In this document: one piece after another, positions 16,513 to 27,684 of the stretch
How positions within the stretch are numbered: position 1 is the stretch's first letter
How the letters are laid out: each line of letters opens with the position of its first letter
The notes under the pieces: generated by a model
Told to the model about the DNA's origin: nothing
The model's database searches: none
Seen by the model: only the letters and a program-made list of their open reading frames with translations
Position numbers and translations under genes: made by a program
Origin: the human T2T-CHM13v2.0 reference genome, Homo sapiens
Direction: 5' to 3' (one strand)
Assembly (NCBI RefSeq): GCF_009914755.1
Contig: NC_060947.1
Length of the DNA: 64,000 nucleotides

Positions 16513-16804
16513 TTTTTTTTTTTTTGAGACAGAGTCTCGCTCTGTCGCCCAGGCTGAGTGCAGTGGCGCCATCTCAGCTCACTGCAAGCTCCGCCTCCTG
16601 GGTTCACGCCATTCTCCTGTCTCAGCCTCCTGAGTAGCTGGGACCACAGGCGCCCGCCACCACGCCCAGCTAATTTTTTGTATTTTTAGTAGAGACGGGG
16701 TTTCACCGTGTTAGCCAGGATGGTCTCGATCTCCTGACCTCGTGATCCACCCGCCTCGGCCTCCCAAAGTGCTGGGATTACAGGCGTGAGCCACCACGCC
16801 CGGC
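16513..16804 (-). mobile_element. AluY
   Basis: Y diagnostics (gcaagctccgcctc, ttcacgccattctcc, gtgttagccaggatggtctcgatc). TSD-like agtaaataaa(a)tttt on both sides. Confidence 0.95.
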
Positions 16805-18460
16805 AAGTAAATAAAATTTTACAAGAAATAATTTGGGAGAATTTCTGGGTTCATGCTCGGTCAACAAAAATGGATATTTTTTCTATAGATTAACAAGACT
16901 CTTAGAAATTATGATACAAAAAATGTCTTATTATAATATCATATACACACATTATTTAGGAGTAAATCTAATAAAGTACACTCATGATTTTGACAAAGGA
17001 AATCACAAAACACTGAGTGACAGTAAGGGCAACCTTAGATACGTAGAGAGACGTATCAGTTTGATGGATGAGAAAACAACATGAAAAAGGTATTATTTCA
17101 CTTTACAATAAATTTAATGCAATTTGAATCAAAGCCTCATTATGAAGCTATATATGTAGAATTATAAAGGTCTAAAATATTCTTCAAAAATATAAAAGTA
17201 TTTATAAAGTACTTTCATTTTAAACTCTTGTAATTAAAGTAACGTAGGTGAAGAAAGAGGCAAATTAATCAATATTTTAGATGATAGAACTCAGAAATTC
17301 ATCAAGGTATATACAACAATTGAATATATAATAGAATTAACTTTCTACATCAGTGGGGAAAGAATAAACTTTCAGTATATTATGTTGGGATAAATTGTTT
17401 TCCAATTGAAAAAATTACAATATTAGATCTTTACCAAATATCATATGCAAAAATTGATCCCAGACAAATAAGAAAATCTTCAAAATTATTAAGAAATAGT
17501 ATTCAGTAATTTTTTCTAACTATGATAAAATTTCTTAGATAAGGAACAGAAAACCCACAAATAAATGAAAGAAGTTACTGAAGTTACTGAAAAACAAATT
17601 TAAATGACAACAATATACTTAAACATATTTAGCAAACAAAATGTTAATATCAAGTATATTGAAACAATCTTTCTGATGCCTAAGTCAAAAATATATAAAT
17701 ATTAAAAATGGGTAAATTACATAAAATTGAACTCAGCAAAAAGGACAACTGAATGTACAAGTTACCTTTTTTCACTGTACATATAGGACAATTTAAATTG
17801 TAAGCTTAATATTACCAAGAAATGGTGAGCATGTGTTGAAACAGGAAGGTTCATATACTCCTTGTGGAAATATAAAATTGATATCGTAACTTGAGAGAGC
17901 TATTTGGAAAAAAAATGTTAGTTTGTAAATGTGTATACCCCAAGGCCTGGAAATTTTATTCATCAAACATGATTGTGAAGAAAGGAATTAACAGGTTAAA
18001 ATAATAAAATAGCCTCTAAAAGATACACAGAAACGATTGTAGAAATCCAAATTAAACATAATATGAAGCCCAGAAAGCAGAGAAAATATTGAGATGACAA
18101 ATTAAATTAATGAAATTAACAATAAAAAAGTGTTGAAGAAAATATTCCTGTGGTCAAAAAGAGCCAAATATGATTAATGCAAGTGTGTCTCATGAATTGG
18201 GCAAATAATACAAAACAAAATTTAGACTTATTTTGGGAAAATTCTTGCATTTGTAAGACTGATTTTTTATTCCTACAAACAGTTCAGTTGAGAAAAACAG
18301 ATTGACAGCAAATGATCAAATTCAGTTCTTTTTTTTCCTTTTATTTTCATTTCTATAATTTTTGAACACTAGAGGAACCAGATCTACAGAAGGCTGAGAG
18401 AGAAATTTTTGTGAATGGGAAATTACATACAGTGCCAAATGGCACTTACGAAAACAACAA
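16805..18460 (+). mobile_element. Ancient L1ME-type fragments (ORF2 3' part, then ORF1/HAL1-like piece)
   Basis: Diverged L1 motifs (ggagtaaatctaataaag, catcagtggggaaagaataaac, atactccttgtggaaatataaaattg). Confidence 0.55.
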
Positions 18461-18469
18461 CAGCAAAAC

Positions 18470-18781
18470 TTTCTTTTTTTTTTTTTTTTTTTGTTTGTTT
18501 GTTTGACAGAGCCTTGCTCTGTTGCCTAGGCTGGAGTGCTGTGGCACAATCTCGGCTCACGGCAACCTCCACCTCTCGGGTTCAAGAAATTCTCTGCCTC
18601 AGCCTCCTGAGTAGCTGGGATTACAGGCGCCCGCAAGCAAGCCCAGCTAATTTTTGTATTTTTAGTAGAGACGGGGTTTCACCACCTTGGCCAGGCTGGT
18701 CTTGAACTCCTGACCTTGTGATACACCTGCCTCAGCCTCCCAAAGTGCTGGCATTACAGGCGTGAGCCACTGCATCTGGCC
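18470..18781 (-). mobile_element. AluS
   Basis: Poly-T, then antisense Alu ending gccactgcatctggcc. Confidence 0.93.
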
Positions 18782-20405
18782 AATGTTGAGCATTTTTATA
18801 TGCTGTTGGCTGCTTGTACACCTTGTTTTAAGAAGTGTCTGTTCATATTCTCTGCCATTTTAAGTGGATATTTTTGTTCTTTCCTTGTTGATTTAAGTTC
18901 CCTGTAGATTCTTGATATTAGACCTTTATCAGATGCATAATTTGTGATTATATCCTCCTATTCCGTAGCCTGTCTGTTTACTGTCAGTAACTTCTTTTGT
19001 TGTGCAAAAGCTCTTTAGTTGAATTAGGTGCCACTTATTACTTTTCGTTTTTGTTGTAATTGCTCTTGGGGACTTAGCCACAAATTCTTTGCCAAAACTT
19101 GTTAAGAAGGTGTTTCTTAGGTTTTGTTTTAGCATTTTTATAATTTGAGCTCTTACATTTAAGTCTTTAATCCATTTTGAGTTAATTTTCATATATGGTA
19201 AGAGGTAGGGGTCCAATTCATTATTCTGCATATGACTAGCCAGTTATCCCAGCACTATTTATTGAATAGGCACTCTTATTGTCAATGCTTATTTCAGTAG
19301 ATTTTGTGGAAAATCGGATGGTTGTAGTTGTGTAGGTTTACTTCTGTGTTTTCTATTCTGTTCCACCGGTTTATGCATCTGTTTTTGTACTTGTACCATG
19401 CTTTTTTGATTACTGTAACCTTATAGTATGGTTTGAGGTTGGATAGTGTGATGCCTCCAGCTTCATTCAGCAAACTGAATCCAGCAGCACATCAAAACGT
19501 TAATTCACCATGACCAAGTAAGATTTATTTCTGGGATGGAAAGTTAGTTCACCACATGCAAATCAGTAAATATGATTCACCACATAAACAGAATAAAAAA
19601 CAAATCTCATACACTCATCTCAGTAGATGCAAAAACAACCTTCAATAAAATCCAACATTCCTTCATGATAAAAATCCTCAACAGATTAGGCATTGGAGGA
19701 AGTACATCAAAATAACAAGAGATGTTTGTGACAAAGCCACTGGCAACATCATACTAAATGGGCAAAAGCTGAAAGCCTTGCACTTGAGAACTAGAACAAG
19801 ACAAATGTGTCCACTCTTACCACTTTCATTCAACATGGTAATGGAAATTCTATCCACACACAGCAATCAGGAAAGAGAAAGAAAAAAAAGCCATTCAAAT
19901 AGGAAAAGAAGTTAAACTATCTCGTTGCTGACAATAAAATTCCATACATAGAAAACCCTAAAGACCACACCAAAGGGCTTCTAGGGCTGATTAATAGATT
20001 AGGTAAAGGTTCAGGATACAAAATCCATGTAAAAAATTCAGTAGCATTTTTATACACGAGTAACATTCTAGCTGAGAGTCAAATCAAGAACATGATCCCA
20101 TTTACTATAGCCCCAAAGAAAATGAAATACCCAGGAATTCATCTAACCAAGGAGTGAAAGATCTCTACAAAAAAAAAAAAAAACTACAAAACACTGCTGA
20201 AAGAAATCAGGGATGACACAAATAAATAAGAAAAATTCCATGGTGGATGTAGTTAAAATGGCCCTACTGCCCAAAGCAATATACAGATTCAATGCTATCT
20301 CAATCAAAATGCCAACATTATTTTTCACAGAATTAGAAAAATCTACTATAAAATTAATTTGGAGCCAAAAAAAGAGCTTTAATTAATAAAGCCATCCTAA
20401 GCAAA
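18782..20405 (-). mobile_element. L1 (PA/PB-type) with 5' inversion: antisense 18782-19463, sense 19469-20405
   Basis: The sense piece ends gccatcctaagcaaa, and the antisense piece begins (in L1 orientation) aagctggaggcatcac. These are adjacent positions in L1 ORF2. Confidence 0.85.
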
Positions 20406-22566
20406 CAGCTTTGAAAAAAAAAGGAAGGAGAGTGAATGGACCTTTGATGAACAGAATGACAGACTATGGCAGAAACAATGTTCCTCACCTTGCAACACTA
20501 AAAACCCACATTTCCCAGCACTCTTTCCCCTTGCGTCTCAATGAAACCTTGTGAGTATATGTTATGGTGAAGGAAATGTTCTAGAAATGAGGTATTGTGT
20601 TCAGAAATTGAGGTTTTTTTAGTTGTTTCCAAAAAAAAAAAAAAAAAAAAACAGCCTGTCTAGACTAATACAAAGAGAAACACATAAAACATACATTTCA
20701 AAAAAAATTTAGCAAAATCTAGGCAGAAACATCATGGAAAACATAGCAAAATGAAAACAGATATTTTAATGCTATTACAAAGTTGAGGACAAGCCTAAAA
20801 GCATTGAAAGGGAATAAAATGTTTACCTTATATTTGAAAGTCAGACAAAACAACTCAGGTATCACGATAATAATTATTTATGTACTGAATAATATTTCAT
20901 CAAAATATAAAATATAAATTTATATGCATAGTAGAAAATGACAAAATGCAATCATACATGGAGTGCATTACACAGCTTGCTATATGTTTGCTAAATGAAA
21001 TTGGTAAACACAAATGATATAGATTTAGTGACTGAACAATTCTACGTTCCACTGAATAAAATTAAATTCTATTTAATTAATGGAATGTTTTATGTGTAAA
21101 TCTGTTTTTCCATTTATCCATCTAATTGCAAAATTCCTTTCTGGCATACAGATATCAATTTTGTGAGTTTCTGTGAATTGCGCTATATAGAAATTTCAAT
21201 AAATTCTAAAATTCAGGTTTAAGAAAGGCCACACATTGGGACCATAATGTGCTTATATTTAAAAATAATGATGTGAATTAAAATGAAATACCCAAATAGA
21301 TAAAAGAGAAAATGTTTTACAAAATTATTTTTTAGGTCAAAGAAGAAATTATAACTGTAGTTATAGATAATTCTAAAAAGAAATCCAAGGAGAAAATTAG
21401 GTGTCAGATCTTCATCATGGGGTTGAAGTGGTGTTTGCTAAAATGTAACTGGCCAAGCCATAAATAGTCACAGTGTTCAGTAAAATATAATTAGCTTCAT
21501 TTGACTTCACTACAAAGTAAAACAAAAAATGGAGCTATAATATGTAAACATTAAAGGTAATAATTATAAAATAGCAATGAGAAAAATATTAAAGTATGAA
21601 TTTTAAAAGATAAAACATAAAATTGATAAAAAATATAAAATCATAGAATTAATTTTTAATACTATGTAACTATTTGTTAAAATTTCAATTAGAATAACAA
21701 TTTCTAGGAAACCTGATAAGTGGACAAAAGAGATAAAGCACATACATACAAACTTATAAATGTTAATATAACCACAAATAATGTAAAATTATGATAACTA
21801 GCTATATCAAACTTTATACTAATAAAGTTAAAAGTCTTGAAATTGATGATGTTTCTAGGAAAAAGGTAATTCATGCAAATGTTTTCAAGAAATAGAAAAA
21901 TTAAATTATTATTAATTGATTTAAATTAAAATAAGAGAAAAAGGGCCACATTTAAAAATGGTACCCACTCCAGAGGTTTTATAGGAGGTGATTTATTTGA
22001 ACGTATTATGGAGTAACTAATTATCACCCATTTATGGTGTTATAGGACTCAAAAAGCTATGAGCTCTTTTTGAACTTAACTCATTTTGTAAACATAATAT
22101 CTCCTTGAAGCAAAATGCAAAATATTATTCATTGTTTTAATCTTATTTCTACACACAGAAATACTTGCACTGAATAAAATACTACTAATTCTAACACAGA
22201 GCTATAATTAAAGAGCAATCCATTGTGAACTAGTAGGGTGTTTTTTTATTCTTGAAACTTCTACTTATGTAGTTCATCACATCAAGAGAAAAGGAAGCAA
22301 AACCATATGATCATCTTGGTAGAGTCCAGTGAGGCATATGTAAAAAGAATTTGTGTCTATCCCTCATATAATATAGTTAATGAAAAACATAAATATTCTT
22401 AGATTCATATGATGAATCATATCTATCTAAAATTTACTTATGAAGCAAATACAACTTAAAGATAGAATATAAAATGTTCTTATTAAATTCTAGAGAAACA
22501 AGAATATAGTTCCTATCATCTCTAAAATTTAACTTTGTAAGTTATATTTATTATAGAGAAAAATAA

Positions 22567-22927
<361 letters not shown>

Positions 22928-23072
22928 GAAAAATAACTTGACCTTAGTTTCAAACTACAAGATGGTTCATTAACATGGTGAGATTAAAAATTGTTTTAAA
23001 ATCCCATGCACATATATTTCGTATATAGCTGTTTAATACATGATTAAATGATATTACATTTTAAGTAGAAAT

Positions 23073-23090
23073 AAAAGTATAAAGTACTGG
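23073..23090 (+). other. 5' target-site duplication of the UBE2NL retrocopy
   Basis: aaaagtataaagtactgg versus aaaagtttaaagtactag at 24276-24293 (16/18). It begins at an L1-endonuclease-type T/AAAA site. Confidence 0.85.
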
Positions 23091-23119
23091 ATGAGACCAG
23101 AGGCCGAACTCAGGTTCTG

Positions 23120-23581
23120 ATGGCCGAGCTGCCCCACAGGATCATCAAGGAAACCCAGCGTTTGCTGGCAGAGCCAGTTCCTGGCATCAAAGCAGAACCA
23201 GATGAAAGCAACGCCCGTTATTTTCATGTGGTCATTGCTGGGGAATCAAAGGATTCCCCCTTTGAGGGAGGGACTTTTAAACGTGAACTATTACTTGCAG
23301 AAGAATACCCAATGGCAGCCCCTAAAGTACGTTTCATGACCAAAATTTATCATCCAAATGTAGACAAGTTGGAAAGAATAAGTTGAGATATTTTGAAAGA
23401 TAAGTGGTCCCCAGCCCTGCAGATCCGCACAGTTCTGCTATCGATCCAGGCCTTGTTAAATGCTCCCAATCCAGATGATCCATTAGCAAATGATGTAGTG
23501 GAGCAGTGGAAGACCAACGAAGCCCAAGCCATTGAAACAGCTAGAGCATGGACTAGGCTATATGCCATGAATAGTATTTAA
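23120..23581 (+). pseudogene. UBE2NL: UBE2NL reading frame (153 codons) with in-frame TGA at codon 89 (23384-23386) and catalytic Cys changed to Ser (AGT 23381-23383)
   Basis: [22 protein letters not shown]...[36 protein letters not shown]...[14 protein letters not shown]2N has HPNVDKLGRICLDILKDKW. Confidence 0.95.
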
Positions 23582-24249
23582 ATTGATCCAATCATTAAGT
23601 GTGCATCACTTCTCCTGTTCTGCCAAGACTTCTTCCTTTTTGCTTGCATTTAATGGACATAGTCTTAGAAACATTACAGAATAAAAAAACCCAGACATCT
23701 TCAGTTATTTGGTGATTAAATGTACATTAGCAAATCTATGTCTTGTCCTGATTCACTGTCATAAAGCATGAGCAGAGGCTAGACGTATCATCCGGATTGT
23801 TGTGAAACGTTTAAAAGCAGTGGTCCCTCCCTGCTTTTATTCATTTCCCCCATCCTGGTTTAAGTATAAAGCACTGTGAATGAAGGTAGTTGTCAGGTTA
23901 GCTGCAAGGGTGTGGGTGTTTTTCTTTATTTTATTTTTTTGAGGGGGGTAAGTAGTTTTATTTTAATTTTATGGGCTCCTTTCCCCGCCTTTTTGGTGAT
24001 CTAATTGGATTGGTTAAAAGCAGCTAACCAGTTCTTTAGAAATATGCTCTCTATCCAAGTCTAACTTTATTTAGACACTGTAGATGGACAAGCTTGATTG
24101 TTTGAACCAAAATGGGAACATTTAACAAGCATCACTGCCCTCACTAATAACATTGTGACTTTGCTGTCAAGTGTAGAGTCCCCCCTTCAAAATAAGCTTG
24201 TGACCATTTTGTATGGCTTGTCTGGAAACTTCTGTAAATCTTATGTTTT

Positions 24250-24255
24250 ACTAAA
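24250..24255 (+). terminator. Variant poly(A) signal ACTAAA, 17 nt before the retrocopy A-tail
   Basis: Spacing to the A-run at 24273. An unused canonical AATAAA lies at about 23680. Confidence 0.5.
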
Positions 24256-24549
24256 ATATTTTTTGTTATTGTAAAAAAAGTTTAAAGTACTAGGTAATTA
24301 TAAGAAATGTGAAGCACATATAGGAATAAAAATGATTTAATGATAAATGAATTGGGTAAATGGAGAAAATTGTTTGAGGTTGAAAAGCCTGAATGTAATA
24401 AAAATATCTGTTAGAAAAAGCTAAAAGCAATGACAGGCAGGGAAAAAATTATATGCAACAAATATAGAAGGTAAAATATACTTACTATATAAAGAGCTCT
24501 TATTAATAAGAAAGAGTTCTTGTCAGTAATACAAATTCTCCAAGAATAC

Positions 24550-24720
24550 ATGTGTTATATTGCTTTACAACATCCTTATATTATTATTGTCATTGTACAG
24601 ATAAGAAACTGAGCCACTTTAGAGCTCATGAACATACCTTAGATTTCTCAGAAAGTTAGTGGTAGTCTAGGTATCCAAATCCTCATCTGCCTGAGTTAAG
24701 AGCTCCTCTCTATTGTACTA
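24550..24720 (-). mobile_element. MIR
   Basis: attattgtcattgtacagataagaaactgag core motif. Confidence 0.65.
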
Positions 24721-24944
24721 TAAGTCAACATTTGTTAATTTATTAATATTATAACTGAGCCTGATTCTTCCTGTACTTCTGCACTCGCTGTAAATTAACC
24801 ATTTTACAGGATAATGCCTCTCTCAACACTAAAATCTGTATAATTAATCTATTTATGTAGCCATGCATTTTAATACATTAGAATCCCAAAGCCCAGCAAT
24901 AGATTTTTTTATATTTTATTTTACAATAGCTAATAAAGTTGATC

Positions 24945-25165
24945 AAGTAATTATTTATTGAGTTGCTAGTATATGACATATATTAGCCTAGGTATTAGAA
25001 GACTGAACGAAAAATAGACAAAGATCTCTTTCCTCATGAAGTTTTATATTTTAGTGGGAATGAGATAGACAATAAACATAAGAGGCAAGATCGTTATATA
25101 AAATATTAAAAGGACAAAGAGGTGTGGAGAATAATTAAGTTAGGTAAAAAGAATAGATGGTGATG

Positions 25166-25204
<39 letters not shown>

Positions 25205-25640
25205 CACACGCTATTTTAAATAGTTTGATTAAGGCAGACCTAAGTGATATGGAAAATTACTGTACAAAGGTTAAAAGGGTTTGAGGGAGATATCCATGAG
25301 GATATCTGGAGTTAGAGCGTTTCAGATAGAGGGGTCAGGCAGTTCCTGAGATGAGAGCATTTCTACCATGATACAGAAAGAACAAGGTTCATGCGGTTGG
25401 AAAAATAAAAAAAGTGAGCGAGAAGAGAGAGGAATCAAAGATGAGGTTCCAAAGCTAATGGAATTTTAGATCCTGTGGAGCTCTGTAGCACGTGGAAAGT
25501 ACTTGGTCTTCTATTTTGCATGAAAGTCATTAATCCATTGGATGTTATGAGCTGAGGAATGATATGAACTGACTTAAAACAGAGTCATTCTGGCTGCTGC
25601 TTGTGAATCGATTGCCTGGGGGTGTGTGGAGGGGGAAGAA
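24945..25640 (-). mobile_element. L2 3' region
   Basis: atttattgagttgctagtatatg, tcctcatgaagttttatattttagtggg, agagtcattctggctgctg. Confidence 0.7.
25171..25202. repeat. (TG)16 microsatellite
   Basis: Directly visible. Confidence 0.97.
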
Positions 25641-26000
25641 AATGTAAACTTTTAGATTAGGTGGGTCTCAAAATAATTCAGTGAGAAAACAGAGTAATGA
25701 TCTAGCTCTAGCCTATAGGTGTGGATTGACACTCAATGAAGAAAAAGAAAAGAAACTTATATATGATTATTACTTGAGAATATACAAAAAGTTTGAAGCT
25801 TTAGAAAATTGATAAAATTTACTGTGTTTTCTTCAGATTGATGGCTACTTCCTGTATCTACCCCAAATGACAAAATGCTACTGATTTATATATATTTTAT
25901 GCTCTGTGTAAAAATTTAGTAATTTGCAGGTGTCATCTTCCTCTATCCCATTTCCTCTGTCAGGGCTGGGATTTGTTTTCCAAACTACATGTGAATTGTC

Positions 26001-26289
26001 TTTTTTTTTGACGGAGTTTCACTCTGTCACCCAGGCTGTAGAGCAGTGGCGCGATTTTGTCTAGCTACAACATTCCCCTCCCAGGTTAAAGCGATTCTCT
26101 TGCCTCAGCCCCTGGAGTAGCTGGGATTACAGGCATGCGCCAACATGCCTGGCTAATTTTTGTATTTTTAGTAGAGACAGGGTTTCATCATGTTGGCCGG
26201 ACTGGTCCCGAACTCTTGACCTCAGGTGATCTGCCCACCTCAGCCTCCCAAAGTGCTGGGATTACAGGCATGAGCCACCACCCCTGGCC
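26001..26289 (-). mobile_element. AluS (Sx-like)
   Basis: Antisense Alu with gacctcaggtgatctgccc. Confidence 0.93.
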
Positions 26290-26320
26290 ATTTTTATTTT
26301 TAATTAAGTTTTTGGTTTTC

Positions 26321-26375
26321 TAGCCTATTTCTAAACTCCTATCGATTTTTAGCCTATTTCTAAACTCCTATTGAT
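26321..26375. repeat. 29-bp tandem duplication
   Basis: tagcctatttctaaactcctat(c/t)gat at 26321 and 26350. Confidence 0.9.
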
Positions 26376-26662
26376 CGTGAAGGTTAAAAGTATCCTCCCA
26401 TTTGTCCCATGAAGTCCGTAGATATCACATAAAAACTGGACTTCTCGAACTCATGCTTTCACCAGTTATTCTGAAAGACTGTGATCCGTATCAACAGAAA
26501 GGATAACAAAAGTTCTTATGGCTACATTTAAAGCAAATTCAATTTTATATTTTTTAATGCAAAATTTGAGGGAAATAAGGGAAACACCTAAAGGCAAGGT
26601 CTTTGATTTAGTTGTATACTTTTTCCGAACTTAAATAACATGGCGAACTTAAGTAAGATAGG

Positions 26663-26687
26663 ATATATATATATATATATATATATA
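26663..26687. repeat. (TA)n microsatellite
   Basis: Directly visible. Confidence 0.95.
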
Positions 26688-27029
26688 TCTCACATATGTA
26701 TCAAAATAACAGAAACTAGGCAAAATTCATCACAAAATCAGACATGCAGTTTTGTTGTGGTCTTCAATATCTTTTACATGATTGCATTTTATTACATAAA
26801 AATGTATTTTCACCAGAAAATTATTTACCTTGTAATGAATGTTATTTGAAACTCTAGAAAAAGTGTAGATATTTAGATATTTAGGCACTTCGAAAGCGTA
26901 CTGATAATAAGGAATACTTTATCATCCTTAAGAGACATTAGTACACATATACATGGTTCAAGAAGCAGGGCTAAGCATATACTATGTAAAAGAAGCAAAA
27001 AGACTCTTACTTTAAAATACTGGTAAAAT

Positions 27030-27220
27030 AATTTGACACTAGTTCTAGTGTCAAACTATTCTGAATTTGTCCTTGAGCAAATTATATAAGTTCACTAAAC
27101 TTCAGTTTCTTTACCTGTAAAAAGTAAAGATAATACCAGCTGCAAGAAGTTACTGTGAAAAGTAGATAAAGTAATGTATTAAATATATAGCTACTAGTAC
27201 AGAGTAGGAACTGAAGAACT
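27030..27220 (+). mobile_element. MIR
   Basis: ccttgagcaaattatataag...cttcagtttctttacctgtaaaa...gataatac. Confidence 0.7.
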
Positions 27221-27684
27221 GATGGTTTCCTTCCCCTTCACTGGGCCTCACCAATCAGTTGGGGAAACAGAGTATAGATACTACATGTAAATAATAAAAC
27301 ATAGCAGTCAGCATAGGCAAAGAGTCATGTGAATGGTATTGGTAACTGACACAACAAGAGTTCAGAGGAAATTTTTCAGGACTGGCGTCAAAAGATGCTT
27401 CTTGGGGAACACAGGCTTTGGTCCAGAAATTAAAGGAAAAATATTAGAAAAATAGAAACACAGTTGGTATGATCTTCCAAATTCAACCCATTTATTTAAT
27501 AGGCAGGACTTGGTGGAGATCCAAACAAGAAAGCTTATTCTTTATCACCACAATTTAATACATAAAACAACTCTGCTAGATCTTCCTTTACTGTCTTCTT
27601 GATCTCATGGGGGATTTTATAGTCTTTCCAGCCACATTTGTTTAATTACAATATCCTCCTTTTAGAGGTAATTATATGTATTTA

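Larger units (their letters stand above)
23091..24279 (+). pseudogene. UBE2NL: Processed retrocopy of UBE2N (UBC13): 5'UTR fragment, coding region, about 690-nt 3'UTR and poly(A) remnant
   Basis: Intronless UBC13-like frame, A7 at 24273-24279, and flanking TSDs. Confidence 0.95.

Noticed and set aside
23381-23392. In-frame UGA beside the E2 active site as selenocysteine or programmed readthrough
   Set aside because: The UGA aligns with Leu88 of UBE2N, not the catalytic Cys. Its context TGA-GAT is not the TGA-CTAG readthrough motif. The 3'UTR is inherited from a non-selenoprotein mRNA and I see no SECIS. A simple TTA-to-TGA nonsense change explains it.
23350-23568. 72-aa antisense ORF over UBE2NL
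   Set aside because: It is a shadow frame of a coding sequence with no independent support.
23393-23581. 62-aa ORF as a separate gene or reinitiation product
   Set aside because: It starts at TTG and is just the post-stop half of UBE2NL. The only in-frame ATG is four codons from the end.
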